DNA of 64,000 bases from Squalus acanthias. Lineage: Eukaryota. Below, one piece after another: positions 34,896 through 48,870 of the stretch (its first letter is position 1; every line of letters starts with the position of its first letter). A program made the translations under genes and the position numbers. The stretch is from NCBI GenBank assembly GCA_030390025.1, contig CM059432.1:25174001-25238000 (forward strand). The letters run 5' to 3'. The notes under the pieces are model-generated. The model was not told the DNA's origin and did no database searches. It saw only the letters and a list, made by a program, of their open reading frames with translations.

Positions 34896-35239
34896 TAACT
34901 GGAAGCATTTACAGACGCTTTGACATATTCTATGATTCTATATAGAAGTAGAAGAAGGAAGCTGACAATATTGAGATATTGAATTTTAAAATACGTCATG
35001 TTTACCTCGACAGTGATGTTCTCAGCAACAAGTGCTTCTTCAAAATAAGGAAGAAAAAAATGGATGCATCTGTCCACAGTGGATGGATGAGATTGAGGAG
35101 TCAATGCAAGGATTAAACCTATATCCTGGTAATGCTATAGTACTGCACATTGGTGTGTCACTGTTACACCAGAACACAGGTATTCTTTTATTTGCCCTTT
35201 TTATGTTGCTCTTTTTGAAAGAAGGAACAAGACGGTTCT

Positions 35240-35465
35240 TTAAAGAAAGGAAATCTTGCATTTGTATAGCGCCTTTCACGACCGCCGGACGTCCCAAAGC
35301 GCTTTACACCCAATGTAGCACTTTTTGAGGTGCAGTCACTGTTGTAATGTAGGAAACGCAGCAGCCACTTTGCGCACAGCAAGCTCCCACTAACAGCAAT
35401 GTGATAATGACCAGATAATCTGTTTTATAGTGATGTTGATTGAGGAATAAATATTGGCCCAATGT
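35240..35465 (-). mobile_element. Deu-SINE 3' fragment
   Basis: Reverse complement of 31300-31525. Confidence 0.8.
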
Positions 35466-36709
35466 ATCTTTCCAATGATAGCAATAAATAACCTGATCAT
35501 CAGTCAGGAGGCTTTCCCAGTTGTCAGCAAGTGAAGAAAAATGAAGAGTTCTCCTCAGGATCCTATACCCTTCAATGACTCTCGAGTTCATTCAACTGTG
35601 AGGATCAGTGTGATCTATGACTGGGACAAATTGTAGAATCAGGGCTTCAAAGCTTAAGTGACAAAGCTTCAAAGTTGCTCTTTTCAGGATCAAACATCAC
35701 AGCTTTATCTAGGGAGAGAAGCACAGATTATCAAATACTCTACAGAAAATGAAGAGCCATGTGTGACTGACACCATGAATGAGGATTCAATTGGCCAGCG
35801 TTGTAAGTGGAGGCTGCACAGTTGGGTTGTTGTTCTGGAGTTATCTTGTTTACACTTGGGAGTGAGGGAGAACATGTCTGAAAGGTTCATATATGGTTGG
35901 TCCCCCCATCAGAAGATTGAGTGGTTTCGATAGAATCCATGATGGTGCAAACTGTACCCGATTGTTAATGGAAGAAGCTTAGTGATCACAATTTTTTGTT
36001 CTAATTCCCTTTTCTTGTCTTACAATTCTTCAGCTGTATTCTTCCAACTTTAAAGGGACACTGTCTCTATGTAGAGTGAGAGAACATCTGGAACAGCATT
36101 CATCATGCATCACAAATGGCACAAGCACATTTTTTGCAATACAATTATGCATTTTAGTATGAATTGGTGAACAGAAGCATTCTTTGGAACTGGAAAAGGC
36201 CATTGGAACCAACAAGCCTGTCCCTTATTCAGGGTCAAGTCTTCTACATGCCTCCTACATTCCAACAGTAGTTTGAATGTGTGCCTGAGCGGCACTCCCA
36301 GGCTCCTGTGGGAATTCTGACCAGCATGCTACTCTTAGGCCCAACGGTGCCTAAGCCTGCTGAGAGATGTTGGTTCCATAATGGGCCTTCTAAATAGTCC
36401 AGATAAACTTCAGAGCAAAGTTAATTGAGCGATTGCAGGCCCTTGTTACCATTTAGGTAAAAAAGATGAAAAAAATGTTATGTCCTCTTTAGTCCAATAA
36501 AGGACTCTCTCTGTTTCCTTTTAAGCAGCAGTGTGCTGCTCTAATTCTCCATCCGGCACTAAGGGCAAATGCATTTATAGGCACAAGCCACCCGCCCGGA
36601 TTATTAAAATAAGCCCATTCTCGGGATTTGCAATGAGGTTAATGTCCTTCCCAGTTGGTGGCCCTACATAATGCTCAGCCACAATTTTGGTGTTGGAGCA
36701 GGGCTCCAG

Positions 36710-37225
36710 GAGTTATACAGAGCAGAAGGGCACCACTTGACCCATCAAATCTGTGCTGGCTCTCTGAAAAAGCTATCAATTTAGTCCTATTCCTCGTCCC
36801 TTTCCCCATATGATTTTTTTTAAAATTTCAAACATTTAGCAATTTCTCTTTTAAAAATGATTATTGATGCTGCTTCACCGCTGTTTCTGGCAGGATGTTG
36901 CACGTCCTAACGACCCTCTGCATCAAAAAAATGTGGTTAACCTCTCCCTTTGCTCTTTTGATGATGAGCTTACGTTCATGCCCTCTAGTTACCAAATGAG
37001 TAGAAATAGTTTTGTCTAATTTACCTTATGAAACCCCTCATAATTTTGAATACCTCTGGTATGTCTCCTCATAACCTTCTTCGTTCTCATGAAAAGCGAC
37101 CCAGTTTCTCTAGTCTCTCCTCATAACTAAAGCCACTCATCCCTTGTATCGTCTTAACATATCTTTTTTTCCCTCTCCGTGGTCTTGACATGCTGTCTAA
37201 AGTAGGGTGTGCAAAATTGGGCACA
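36710..37225 (-). mobile_element. Old CR1 3' end
   Basis: Degenerate reverse complement of the CR1 C-terminus and 3' UTR. Confidence 0.65.
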
Positions 37226-38068
37226 GTTGGGTAAAAATTCCACTTGAAATGGAATCATGGGTTGAGAGTGTCCAATTTTACAATATATGCTATTGGATTA
37301 TGCTGGGAGCAGAGAAATGGAAATTTTATTCCAATATTGTAACCAATAATTTGTATAGGCGTGTAGTCCTGATGGTCAAATTGCCTCTTAATATCCTTCT
37401 AGTGTTCCTCCATTCTCTCCTGAAGACACTGGGCTGAATTTCTACTTTGAAGAGTGTGTGGGTTTGCGAGCAGGAGGGCAGTTAAAAGCGCTGAAATTGA
37501 CAGCTCGTCGGGATGCCGGCTTCAAACTGTTGGCTTCCACCTTTAACTCGAGCACGTTAGTCAGCGCGCCAGAGACCGCTTCGGGAGAGGTGGATTACCT
37601 AATTAAAGCAGTTTAGAGCTCGTTAAGAGGCTATGAACTGCCTTTTTTTCCTGATGTTGCAGCTTTTACTGGCTGTCCACAGGATTCCCGGGCTTGCTGA
37701 AGCTCGCCAGTGAAAGCAAGGTGAGAGCATAGCAGCAATTGTGGGAGTTGAAACGTAGAAACATAGAAAAATAGGAGCAGGAGCAGGATTAGGCCATTCG
37801 GCCCTACGAGCCTGCTCCGCCATTCAATATGATCATGGCTGATCCTCTATCTCAATACCATATTCCCGTTAGTTAAAAAAAATCACATAAATACTCACAC
37901 CTCACGCCTGCTTCCTTGCCTGAGAAAGGCTCTTGCTGACACCATTTGCGCTGAGAGTTTGCTTTCAAGAGTTTGCAGTTGATTTCTACAACTTTGGAAG
38001 TCACTCTCACTACTTTGGAAGATTGTGCCTCTGATCTCCACATTACTTCTGTCAAATATCAGATCACC

Positions 38069-39285
38069 ATGGGTGCCGCTTATGCTGTTTCATCTTGGAC
38101 CTCAGATGAGGACTAAGATGAGCCCCAGCAGCAACACCAGCAGGACCAGCAGCAGCCTTCTCGTCACCGACCTGCCGCTCCACAGGAGAGAGGGGATGAG
38201 CACAGGGGTGCACCTTGCAGGAGGCGATAGCTCCAACACAGGGTATTTAGGCAGAGGATCAGCTTCCCGGACATGACTGAACACCAGTGCCTCAGGAGGC
38301 TCAGGCTCTCGCGTCAGGCCATGGCAGACATTTGTAACCTGCTGGAAGAAGACCTGCTGCCAAGTGGACCTGGAGGGCCTGCGTTACCAGTGGCTGTCAA
38401 AGTCAGCACCGCCCTCAGCTTTTTCACCTCAAGCTCCTTCCAGGGATCTGCAGGAGACATTTGCAGGATCTTGCAGTCGGCCGCCCACAAATGCATCACC
38501 CAGGTGACCGATGCCATGTTTGACAAGTCAACCACTTATGTACACTTTGCCACCAATGAAGCCAGTCAGACTGAGCGGGCGCTCGACTTTGCGGCTCTGG
38601 CTGGCTTTCCACAGGTGCAGGTTGTCATCAACTGATCACATGTGGCCATCAAGGCACCCCCAGATCAGCCAGGAGTGTTCGTGAACCATAAACACTTCTA
38701 TTCCCTCAGTGTGCATCTTCTCTGCTATCACAAAAAAATCATGTGTATGTGTGCCAGATTCCCAGGGAGCTGTCGTGATACATTGGTCCTGTGCCAGTCC
38801 ATCCTCCCTCAGCTCTTCACACCTCCTACCAGACTTACTGGCTGGCTGCTTGGAGACAAGGGCTATCCACTGAAGACGTGGCTGATGACACCCTTGAGGA
38901 GGTCAAGCAATGAGGCTGAAGAGCGCTACAATCAAAGCCACATGATGACGAGATGTGTCTTAGAGCAAGCAGTCGGGATGCTGAAGATGCGCTTCAGATG
39001 CCTGGACAGATCTGGAAGAGCCCTTCAATACACACCAGCCAGGGTCTCCAAAATGACCAGGGTATGCTGCGCGCTTCACAACAGAGCGCAGCAGTGAGAA
39101 TTGGAGCAGCAGGAGGAGCAAGACGCAGAGCCTCTTCAGAGGAGGAGGATGAGGAGGTGGAGCAGGAGGAACACGAGGAGGAGAAGAAGGAGGAGGAAGA
39201 ACCTGAAGTGGACATAGCACCAGCAGTGGCACACATTGCTGCCCGGGAGGCTCGGGATGGCCTCATAATGGCACGATGTAGTTAG
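38069..39285 (+). pseudogene. Harbinger transposase, disrupted
   Basis: [68 protein letters not shown], acidic tail; stops and frameshifts. Confidence 0.93.
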
Positions 39286-39549
39286 GTTGCACCAGTGCAC
39301 CCATATGGCACCCAGATGCTGAATAAAATTCCCCCTCCCCACCACCATCACAAAGCAGTCCTAAAATGACCAAACCATTGCTGTCACACACACCCATTGC
39401 TCTAGTTTAAGTAATGTCTTACCATTCACTCCAACTGATAAGGCCTCTTGCCAGGTAGCAGGTAAAAATGGACAAGACAGGAAAGCAGTGCACATAAATA
39501 ATTTTATGTGGCTCAAAAATTCTACAGAAACTGAGCCATCTAACATTTT

Positions 39550-41397
39550 ATAACACACCCATGTGCATACCCTTGTGCATCTACAATTGTGTCATCTTTC
39601 TGTTCCTACAACTCCTACGCCGTGCAACCCCTGTGGCTTCAGCAGAGGTAGAGTCAGGTTGCTCACTTCCCTGCTCTGACTGTTTACACACTTTTGGTGG
39701 ACGTCTTCTGGGTTTTGGAGCCTGTGAGGGCCCCGCCAAAGACTACTACTCTTGCACCTGTGCAGGGGCAGTCTCGGTCATTGGGATATGAGGCAGCATG
39801 CAGGGCTCTGACTGGGGGGCGGGGGGGGGCAACGGGGGAGAAGTGGGAGCACTTTGAGCAGAGTCCCCACTTCCATGTCCCCTCTCACCATCATGGCCCA
39901 CCCACATTTGCCTCCTAGCAAGGAGCTGGAATGCACTTTGCTGCACATCAGTGGGGTGATGATCGGCCAAGTCTAGGTTTCTATCCATCCTAGATATGGC
40001 TGCAATCAGAATCTGCAAACTGTTGTTCACAGCAAGCATGCACTCATTCGATTGGCGCATTTGATGCTCCATGCACATGGTCACCCTTTCCATGGACGAA
40101 CACAACATAGCCATGGCCTGGGATATCATGCTGGAGATGGACTCTTCCATTCTCCCTACAATCGAGCACATCGCGGCTGGAAAAGCTGCCAGAGCCTCCC
40201 GCATTTTCTGTTGCTCCTCAAGAATCTTCCACTTTGTCGACCGCCCCTGAGGTTCAACATCTTCGTCCAGCTGAGAACTGCTTGGAGCATCCTGCACCCT
40301 CCAATGAGGACTCTCCACTGCTGTCCCTGTCTCCACTATCTGCTCTTGCTCACATGTGATCTGTGAGACCAGGTGACAACACTATATCTCTCTTACTGGA
40401 CCCACCGACGTGTGTATATCTGCGCTGGTGCTTGGTGTGCACGGGTCATGTGACGATGCACCCTCAGAGTCCACAACCTCCTCTGAGGAGTCGTCTTCCT
40501 CCTCTGGCTGGACAGTGGGGGGGGGGACACTTGATGGGTCTGTGGGAGAGTAAAGACATGAATTAGAACTGTTCTGATAAGAATGTTTTAAGTTACCATT
40601 ATGCATATGATCATATTTCACTGGCTGCTGACATCATGTCAACATGTGTGACTGTTTTATGCCACGTGGCTGTATAATAGTTAATTCTTTCACCAGGTAG
40701 CTGGGAGGACCGCTCTCTCCATCTCCCTCCGCCAGCAGCTCTGCAACGTGGCTCAGCACCAGGGCCTCCTCCTTTGCTGAAATGAGCGGTGTCGTGATTG
40801 GAGGGCCACCATCGGTTCGCTGCCTCTCTCAGGTGTTCTGTGCTCTCTTCTCCTGCAAGAAGGGAAACAAGAGACCTTTTGCGTGAGAGTCATGGAATGA
40901 GTGGAAGGGATGGATGGGCAACATCTGTTGAGAGTTACTATGAGGGAGAGGCGTTATATTGCATTAAGATGAGGGTGAGTGTCAGTGGGGGATGGTCAGA
41001 TGGGGATGTGTGTAAGTGTATAGACAGTGAGGGATGGGTGAACTTGCAAGGTAGGTTGGTGTGAGAAGTGATGTGCCGGAGTAGGTTTGAGAAGGCAGAG
41101 TGAGGAGGTTGGGTGACACGCTCATCAGGATGTAGGGCAATGTGGCATTGTACTCACCTATCCTGACCTCATGAGGTCATTAAAGCGTTTCCCACACTGG
41201 ATCCAAGTCCTGCCAACAACACTTCTGCTGCTCACTTCGTCAGCAATCTCCCGCCACGTGCTTTTCATCTGAGCAGCTGGCCTCTTCCTCCCATCAGCAG
41301 GGAAGAGGATGTCCCTGCGGGCCCTGACTCCTTGGAGTAATATCTCCAAGAGGCATCACTAAATCTGGGGGCTGCTTTCTGCCTTTGAGCCTGTATA
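39550..41397 (-). pseudogene. Harbinger Myb/SANT-like gene with 3 exons (~41397-41158, 40852-~40694, 40540-~39550)
   Basis: APRFSDA.LEILLQGV..WREIADEVS..RTWIQCGKRFNDL|GTGAGT; exon 2 EKRAQN..RQRTDGG; long exon 3 overlapping ORF 39746-40336. Confidence 0.85.
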
Positions 41398-42614
41398 ATT
41401 AAGGTTTGAGTTTTATCAAATTGTTAGAGTACAGCCAACTCACTTCTCTCACAATCTGGCTTCCACCTCCACCAGCCTTTAAGTGACATCTGTGCATTGC
41501 ACCTTTAAATAGCTCAGCTGAAGTAGAGTCATCCATGACGTCATCGGACTCACTCCAGTTAATTGGTCGGGAAACCTGGAAGTCTGATTTAATTGCATTT
41601 GCTTTGTTAAAAAGCCACTGCAAAACGTTCCTCTCCAACATCCGGGTTCCCGACGCGATCCATGGCCCCCCTACTTCCATCCACATGTAAAAGTAAAAAT
41701 TCAGCCCACTGACTCAGGCTGGTGTCTCAGGTCCTGACCACCCTTCAAAACCTCACAATGGAGGGAAGGTACACCCACAATCTAAGATAATTGCCTTTGC
41801 TTAGACTGGGGGTGCTTGTTGCCAGATTCAACTTCTTGCACTCCAGGGAGCCATCCCATTAGTCACTTGAGCCCTTGTAGAACGGGAGATTTGAATCTGC
41901 ATATTTTAATGGGTATGCCGCATACCAGAACCTGCATCTCTGGCTGGTTATCCAATCTGGTGGCAAGTCAGATTTTGTATCATTTGCATTTTCATGTGCT
42001 TTGAATTGCTTATTTCCAATTGTGTAATGTGAATTGAATTTGAATGAACTCATTCCAGATTATTTGAGATGGTGGGCAGGAGGGTGCGTGCGCACTTAGG
42101 AAAGATTTGAATAGTGGTGGTGCTTGCCGTATCCAAACCCTTACAATGCCTGTTCCTATTACTGGCAGTCGGAGACTTGATGATTCATGCTTCATATATC
42201 TAGTGGGATCCTAAATGATATAAAGCTAGAAAGCACTGTTGGCAGTAACAGTGACTGCTTAACAGTCCCTATGCCAGTGTTTTAATGGAGGTGCTCACCC
42301 ATAAAATATAAACAGTTATGGCCTACATTAAAATAATGGACAAACGGATGTCTTATGAGTACAAGTATGTGTCTGCTAATAGTGCTGGCTGTAATTTCTA
42401 CCCCATAAACTGGATAGGGTTGGAAAGTAAGCTAGAGCAAGAGAAGAGACAGACTGGGAATGAACAGCAGAGATAGAGAAATAGGCTTAAAGCAAGTAGT
42501 CAAAGTCATGCCACTTGATGATAATTAGTCTGGATAAAACTAACCAGGCCTTTTTATTGGTGGTATTTGGTCTGGCTGCATAGTATTCCTCGGTCCTGCT
42601 CCTCCAATGTTTTG

Positions 42615-42890
42615 CACGAGTAAGCATTTATGATACCTCACCCAAGGGTCCATTCTTCAGATCTGAGCCTGTTCAGTGAGAATCAGAAGGCTATTCAGCT
42701 ATGGCTAAGCTCAATCTTATCCTCACAAAACAGGCACACTTTCCAGCAAGGATTCACTGAACAGCAATCCGGTTTGGGATCCCGGGGGCTGATTCTTCTT
42801 CTTTTCTCAGCCAGGAGCCAATTATAACACTTCTACTGCCTCTCACCTGATGTCAAATGGCTCAGCATAAACCAAGCATCCAATCTGGGG
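42615..42890 (-). mobile_element. Old SINE-like repeat (34385 family)
   Basis: Degenerate reverse-complement similarity to 34460-34850. Confidence 0.5.
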
Positions 42891-42894
42891 CCTA

Positions 42895-43180
42895 TTGGGC
42901 TGCCGTTTCAAAACTGAGATGAGAAGAAACTTCTTCACTCAGAGGGTAGTAAATCTATGGAATTTGCTACCTCAGAGAGCTGTGGAAGCTGCGACATTAA
43001 ATAAATTTAAAACGGAGATAGACAGTTTCCTAGCTGATAAGGGAATTAAGGGTTATGGGGACTGGGCAGGGAAGTGGACGTGAGTCTAGGTTCGGATCAG
43101 CCATGATCCTATTGAATGGCGGAGCAGGCCCGAAGGGTCGTATGGCCTACTCCTGCTCCTACTTCTTATGTTCTTATATT
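42895..43180 (+). mobile_element. CR1 3' end
   Basis: FKTEMRRNFFTQRVVNLWNLLPQRAVEA..KWT*, TTCTTATG tail. Confidence 0.9.
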
Positions 43181-46100
43181 ATTATATATATTAAGGAATA
43201 TAAAAAGAAATAATAAAGTGTTCCATAGACACATAAATAACAAAAGAAAAATTAAAGTAGGGATAGGGCCACTAAAGGATGAGTAAGATAAACTCACAGG
43301 TATAAAGTATTGAATAACTAATATGCTGGAATTTTTAACTAAAGAAGATAATGAAATAGATACTTCACTAAAGGATGAGCTTAAAAAGAGTATTAATACA
43401 GTTGGGGTAGAAAAGGAGAAAACAATTAACAAACTAGCAAAAGTAAAAGTGGGTAAGACCCCAGGTCTGGATGGTATGCACCCACACACACTTAAGGAGA
43501 CTAGGGAGAAGATAGCAGAGACAGTAGTTTATATATATAAAAGTTCCATAGAAGTGGAAAAGGTAGAAGCAATGGAAAGGGTGAAAATTGATAGACAGGA
43601 TGTACTAGAAAGGTATGCTTAGAGTGGATAAGTCGCCTGGTCCAGATGGCTTGCATCCCAGGTTGCTAAGGGAATTGGGGGAGGAGATAGCGGAAGGGCT
43701 TGCCATAATTTTCCAATCTTCCCCAGATGCGGGGGAGATGCCTGAGGATTGGAAAGTGGCAAATGTGACACCATTGTTCAAGAAAGGGTGTAAGGACAAT
43801 CCTAGTAACTACAGGACGGTCAGTTTAACATCAGTGGTGTATAAAGTTTTAGAAATAATAATCAAGGAAAAAATTAACGGGCACTTGGAAAGGTTTAAGC
43901 TAATTAAGGAGAGCCAACATGGATTTGTAAAAGGCAGATCGTGTTTGACTAATCTAATTGAATTTTTTGATGGAGTAACAGAGAGCATTGATGAAGGAAA
44001 TGCAATGGATGTTGTCCACATGTATTTTTGGAAGGCGTTTGACAAAGTACCACATGGAAGGCTGGTTAACAAAATTGAAGCTCATGGAATAGGTAGGTAG
44101 GTGGCAGCTTGGATAAGGAATTGGCTTAAGGACACAAAACAGTGAGATGTGGTAAATGGCTGTTTTTCAGACTGGAGGATGGTATACAGTGGTGTTCCCC
44201 AGGGGTCAGTGCTGGGGCCACTGCTTTTTTTGATATATATAAATGACCTGGATATTGGAATAGAGTAGAATTTCTAAATTTGCCGATGACACCAAACTTG
44301 GGGGTGTGGCAAACAGTGAGGATGATACCAATCGACTGCAACAGGACATAGAAAGGCTAGCAGAATGGGCAGACAAGTGGCAGATGGAATTTAATACAGA
44401 GAAGTGTGAGGTGATGCATTTTGGCAGAAGGAACAGGGAGAGGCAATATACACTTAATGGCACAGTTTTAAAGAGTGTGCAGGGACAGAGGGACCTGGGA
44501 GTTAATGTGCATAGGTCCCTGAAGGTGGCAGGACATATTGAGAGAGTGGGTAGCAAAGCATATGGGATCTTAGGCTTCATTAATAGAGGTATTGAGTACA
44601 AAAGTAGAGAAGTTATGCTGAACCTTTATAAAGCGCTGGTTAGGCCACAACTGGAGTATTGCGTCCAGTTCTGGTCACCACACTTTAGGAAGAATGTGAA
44701 GGCACTTGAGAGGGTGCAGAGGAGATTTAACAGAATGGTTCTGGGGATGGGGGATCTTAGCTACAAGGACAGCTTGGAGAAGCTGGATTTGTTTTCATTA
44801 GAGCAAAGGAGATTGTGGGGTGATTTGATAGAGGTGTACAAGATTATGACGGGTTTGGATAGGCTAGACGGGGAAAGGCTGTTACCACTAGTTGATGGCA
44901 CAAGGACTAGGGGACACAGATTTAAGGTTTTGGGTAAGAGATACAGGGCGGATGTGAGGAAAAACATTTTTATGCAGCGAGTGGTGAGGACCTGGAACTC
45001 GCTTCCAATGGAAATGGTGGAAGCGGAGACACTCAATGTTTTCAAGGGGAGACTGGATAGGCACTTGAGGGAAATAAACTTGTAGGGCTACAGGGATAGA
45101 GCCGGGGAATGGGACTGAATGGATTGCTCTACAGAGAGCCGGCACAGACTCAATGGGCCGAATGGCCTTCTTCTGTGCCGTTATGACTCTATGGGGGAGA
45201 AATTCAGTATCGCCCCATTTGGGGCGCAATTATCAGCTGGGCGCAAAGATTAGTGCCTGGCGCTAATTATCGCCACCAACTGCAAACTTGACTTTTATCA
45301 CCCCTGGAGGTGATTGGAGTGCTAAATCAGGTGCTTCACACCTGTCTTAAGGCGCAAAGGCCGAGGAGCGAGGCGCTACCTCAGAGCGCTGGTGAAGCTC
45401 ATGTGATGTCAGTCAGCAATGGAACACACACACAATGGCGCGGGCCAGTTCTTAAAGGGGAGGGTTGATCTTGCTTTCCATCCACATCCTGCTCATTGCA
45501 GCCTTGAATCTCAGCCTGGAAAGAGCTGTACATCAAATCTGCTGGAAATAACAATGGAGAGTACCAGGGAAAGAGCTCAGAGTGCAGCCCCCACAGTCTC
45601 TTCTAAATCGATACAAGGAAGGGCAAATCAAAATGAACCTTCAAAGTGCTGCTCAGTACCCAAAACTCCCTCACACAGTGTTGAATCTCTCCAGAAGTCT
45701 CTCTCTCTCTCTCTCTCTCAGAAAGCGTGGTTCAAAAATGTCACCAACAATAAAAGGCAGGAAGCGGTCGCCTTTAAATAGCGCTCCCCCAGTCCCTTCC
45801 TGACTGCAAAACGCTCCCCTCAACCTGTCGTTGCTAGCGGCAGGCGGTAAGGCAGGGGGCGTCACTCAGTATCCGCTCCGGGGCGATACCGGGGCGTTGC
45901 GCACTCGACTGACGTCACGATCTGCCGGCGCAGGAGATCGTGGCGGTAGTGTTTAGCGCCGCCGCAAAATGTCTAGTTAATTTCGCGAGCGGCACAAACA
46001 TGGCCGCGCCCGGGCGCTAGATGATTTGCGCCCCATTAGCGCCCTCTTAAGGCGCTAACGGGAGGCGCAACCAACTGAATTTTTCCCCCTATGACTCTAT

Positions 46101-47582
46101 GACTAAGAGGGGATAGTGCCAGAAGACTGGCAGACAGCTAATGTTATTCCTATGTACAAAAAGGGAGATAGAACAAAACCTGGGAACTACAGTGCAATCA
46201 GCTTAACGTCAGTGATAGGAAAGATACTGGAATCTATACTAAAATAAGTGATAGAAGAGCATCTAGAGACAGAAAATAAAATAAAAAATAGCATAGATTC
46301 TTAAGGCTAAGTCACGCTTAACTAACCTTATAGAATTATTTGAAAAGATAACAGAAAGAGTAAACAAATAATAGGATAATGCATTAGATGTTATATACTT
46401 GAATTTTTAAAAGGCCTTCAGTTAGGCACCACACGATAGGCTCATGACAAAGGTTAGGGCATGTGGAGTCAGGGGACAAATAGCTGAATGGAGAGCAACT
46501 TGGGTAAAAAAAAGAAAGCAAAGATTAGGGGTAAAGGGTAGTTATTGAGATTGGAAGAAGGTAGAAAGCGGTGTTCCACAAGGATCAGTGCTGGGACCAC
46601 TGCTATTCAAAATTTACGTTAATGATTTGGACTTAGGAACAAGTAACTCAATATCAAAATTTGCAGGTGATACCAAACTGGTGTATAGCTACCACTGAAG
46701 AAGAATGTGACATAATACAAGAAGACATTAGAAAACTTGCAGACTGAGCAGTTAAGTGACAAATGAATTTTAACATAGATAAATGTGAGGTGATGCACTT
46801 TGGTAGGAAAAATAGAAACATCAGCTACACCTTAGAAAATAAGAAACTGAATGGGGTAGAGGAGCAAAGGGATCGAGGGATACAGGTGAACAAATCATTA
46901 AAAGCAGCATCGCAGGTCAGCAAAATGATTAAAAATGATAACAAAGTACTGGGATTTATTTCTAGGGATATAGAATTCAAAAGTAGTGAAGTTATGTTAA
47001 ACTTGTATAGGAACCTGCTCAGGCCACACTTAGAGTACTGTGCACAGTTCTGGACTCCATACTATAAAAAGAGCATAGAAGCACTGGAGAAAGTGCAAAA
47101 AAGATTTACTAGGATGATACCAGAATTGAGAGATTACAGCTATCGGGAAAGATTGAACAGGTTGGGGCTTTTTTTAAGACTTAGAGGTAATGTGATAGAG
47201 GTCTTTTATAATTATGAATGGGTTGGGCAAGGTAGATGTGGAGAGAATGTTTCTACCTGTGGGAGAATCTGAAACCAGGGGCCATAAATACAAGGTAGTT
47301 ACTAATAAATCCAATAGGGAAACAAGGATACATTTCTTTACTCAGAGAGTGATTAGAATATTGAACTAACTACCACAGGAAGTGGTTGAGGCAAATAGCT
47401 TAGATGTTTTCAAAAGGAAACTAGACGAGTACATGCGAGAAAAGGGAATAGAAAGATATGCTGAAAGATTGATATGAGGTAGATGGAATGGGAGGAGACT
47501 TGTGTGGACTCTCGACACCAGCACAGACTAGTTGGGCCAAATGGCCTGCTTCTGTGCTGTATCATTATGTAATGCTATGTAA
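43181..47582 (+). mobile_element. Old CR1 (43181-~43548 + 46105-47582) interrupted by a younger CR1 (~43549-45192 + 46093-46104)
   Basis: The old copy breaks after KTPGLDGMHP..YKSS and resumes at GIVPEDWQTANV. The young copy has RT ORFs 43615-44100 and 44306-45085 and an (ATGACTCT)n tail. Confidence 0.85.
45193..46089. mobile_element. Harbinger-derived MITE (897 bp) inserted in a CR1 microsatellite tail
   Basis: TIRs GGGGGAGAAATTCAGT / ACTGAATTTTTCCCCC (15/16); TSD TAT; retains the Myb start (MESTRERA) and both promoter regions. Confidence 0.92.
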
Positions 47583-48547
47583 ATGGTTCAATTGCATTCT
47601 TTATCAAGAAAATCATTGGATAAGATAGTCGCTTTTTTTTTTAAGTTAAATGTTCACACTCCATTATAAACAGTGCTATTCCTTGACTGTGGCAAATCGA
47701 CTGAAAATACGCAAACAAAATCCATAAGCCATTAAAATTCATGAAATGACATTATAACAAAACCTTGGAGCATTGCCTGTTGCAAGTTCTTCATGACCTT
47801 TCCCACAACTCCCTGTTGCAGAATAAGAGCGCTGCCAAGTCTCCATCTTTGTTGTCTCCTGTGCATTTCAACTTTGGGCGGGGGAGGGCGGCAGGGTGGG
47901 GCAGGGGGCGGGGGGGTGAGGAGCGAGAAGTGTTATCCTCAGATCCGACGGTCCAAAGGTCTTATTGTCCAGTGACATTACTTAGAGTTTTTGTTCTTTC
48001 CAATACAGGCAGTAAATGTCACATTTAAATATTAAAATTCCCTTCCGGATCTGCTCATTCTTTCTTGCTCTTTATTCATTTAAAGGCACATACATTTTGA
48101 GATCAACCTGAGTTTAACTTTGAGGTTCCTCTGCGTGCTATTCTTCATGTCTCAGTTAACATCAAACAGCTACCTCCACTATTTTAATGCAGCAGTTAAC
48201 CCGTTTAAAATAAACAGATTGATAGTTGTGTTAAATTAACACAGAAAGAAATTCAGGGAGTAGATTTTACAAATATGTGTGCTTGCCATAGAGCTTTGAA
48301 TTCCAGCACAGAGGTAGCATACCAAGTACGATTTTGCATTCATTAAAATATCGACCCTTCAATTAAATGAGTTAACCTGTGTACTAAAAATTACACATGG
48401 AGAAAATTGAACTCCTGAATCTATTACATTGTTAGTACTGTCATGAGCGATGGAGTTGCTGGGTTGAGAAATTGAGCAAGTTGCGCCTAGCAAGGCCAGA
48501 CCTTCCAACCTGAGGAAAATGTTGATGGTGAAGACTTATGGCAAGTC

Positions 48548-48870
48548 TAAAAGAAAGAACCTGCTTTTATACAGCACAGTTTGTCCCAAAGCGCTTTGCA
48601 GCCAATGAAGTAGCCACGGTTGTAAGGTAGGAAACTCGGCAGCCAATTTGCGCACAGCAAGGTCTCACAAACAGCAATTAAATAAATCACCAGGTCATTT
48701 GTTTTAGGTGTTGGTTGAGCGATAAATGTTGGCCAGGACACTGGAAGAAATTCCCTGCTCTTCTTTAAATAGTGCCATGGGATCTTTGACATCCACCTGA
48801 GAGAGCAGACGGGACCTCGACTTCCTGACTCAGAGACGAGTGAGCTACCGCTGCGCCAAGGCTGACACTC
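48548..48870 (-). mobile_element. Deu-SINE with internal deletion
   Basis: Reverse complement of the head, Deu core and tail of the 31070 copy. Confidence 0.8.

Larger units (their letters stand above)
37431..41707. mobile_element. Full-length PIF/Harbinger transposon 'C'
   Basis: TIRs GGGCTGAATTTCTACTTT / AAAGTAAAAATTCAGCCC (17/18); TSD ACT (37428-37430, 41708-41710); convergent transposase and Myb genes; CR1 tail inserted at ~37756-37870. Confidence 0.95.

Noticed and set aside
45698..45719. (CT)n, poly-C (32849-32865) and GA-rich (26600-26770) tracts
   Set aside because: Ordinary simple repeats.
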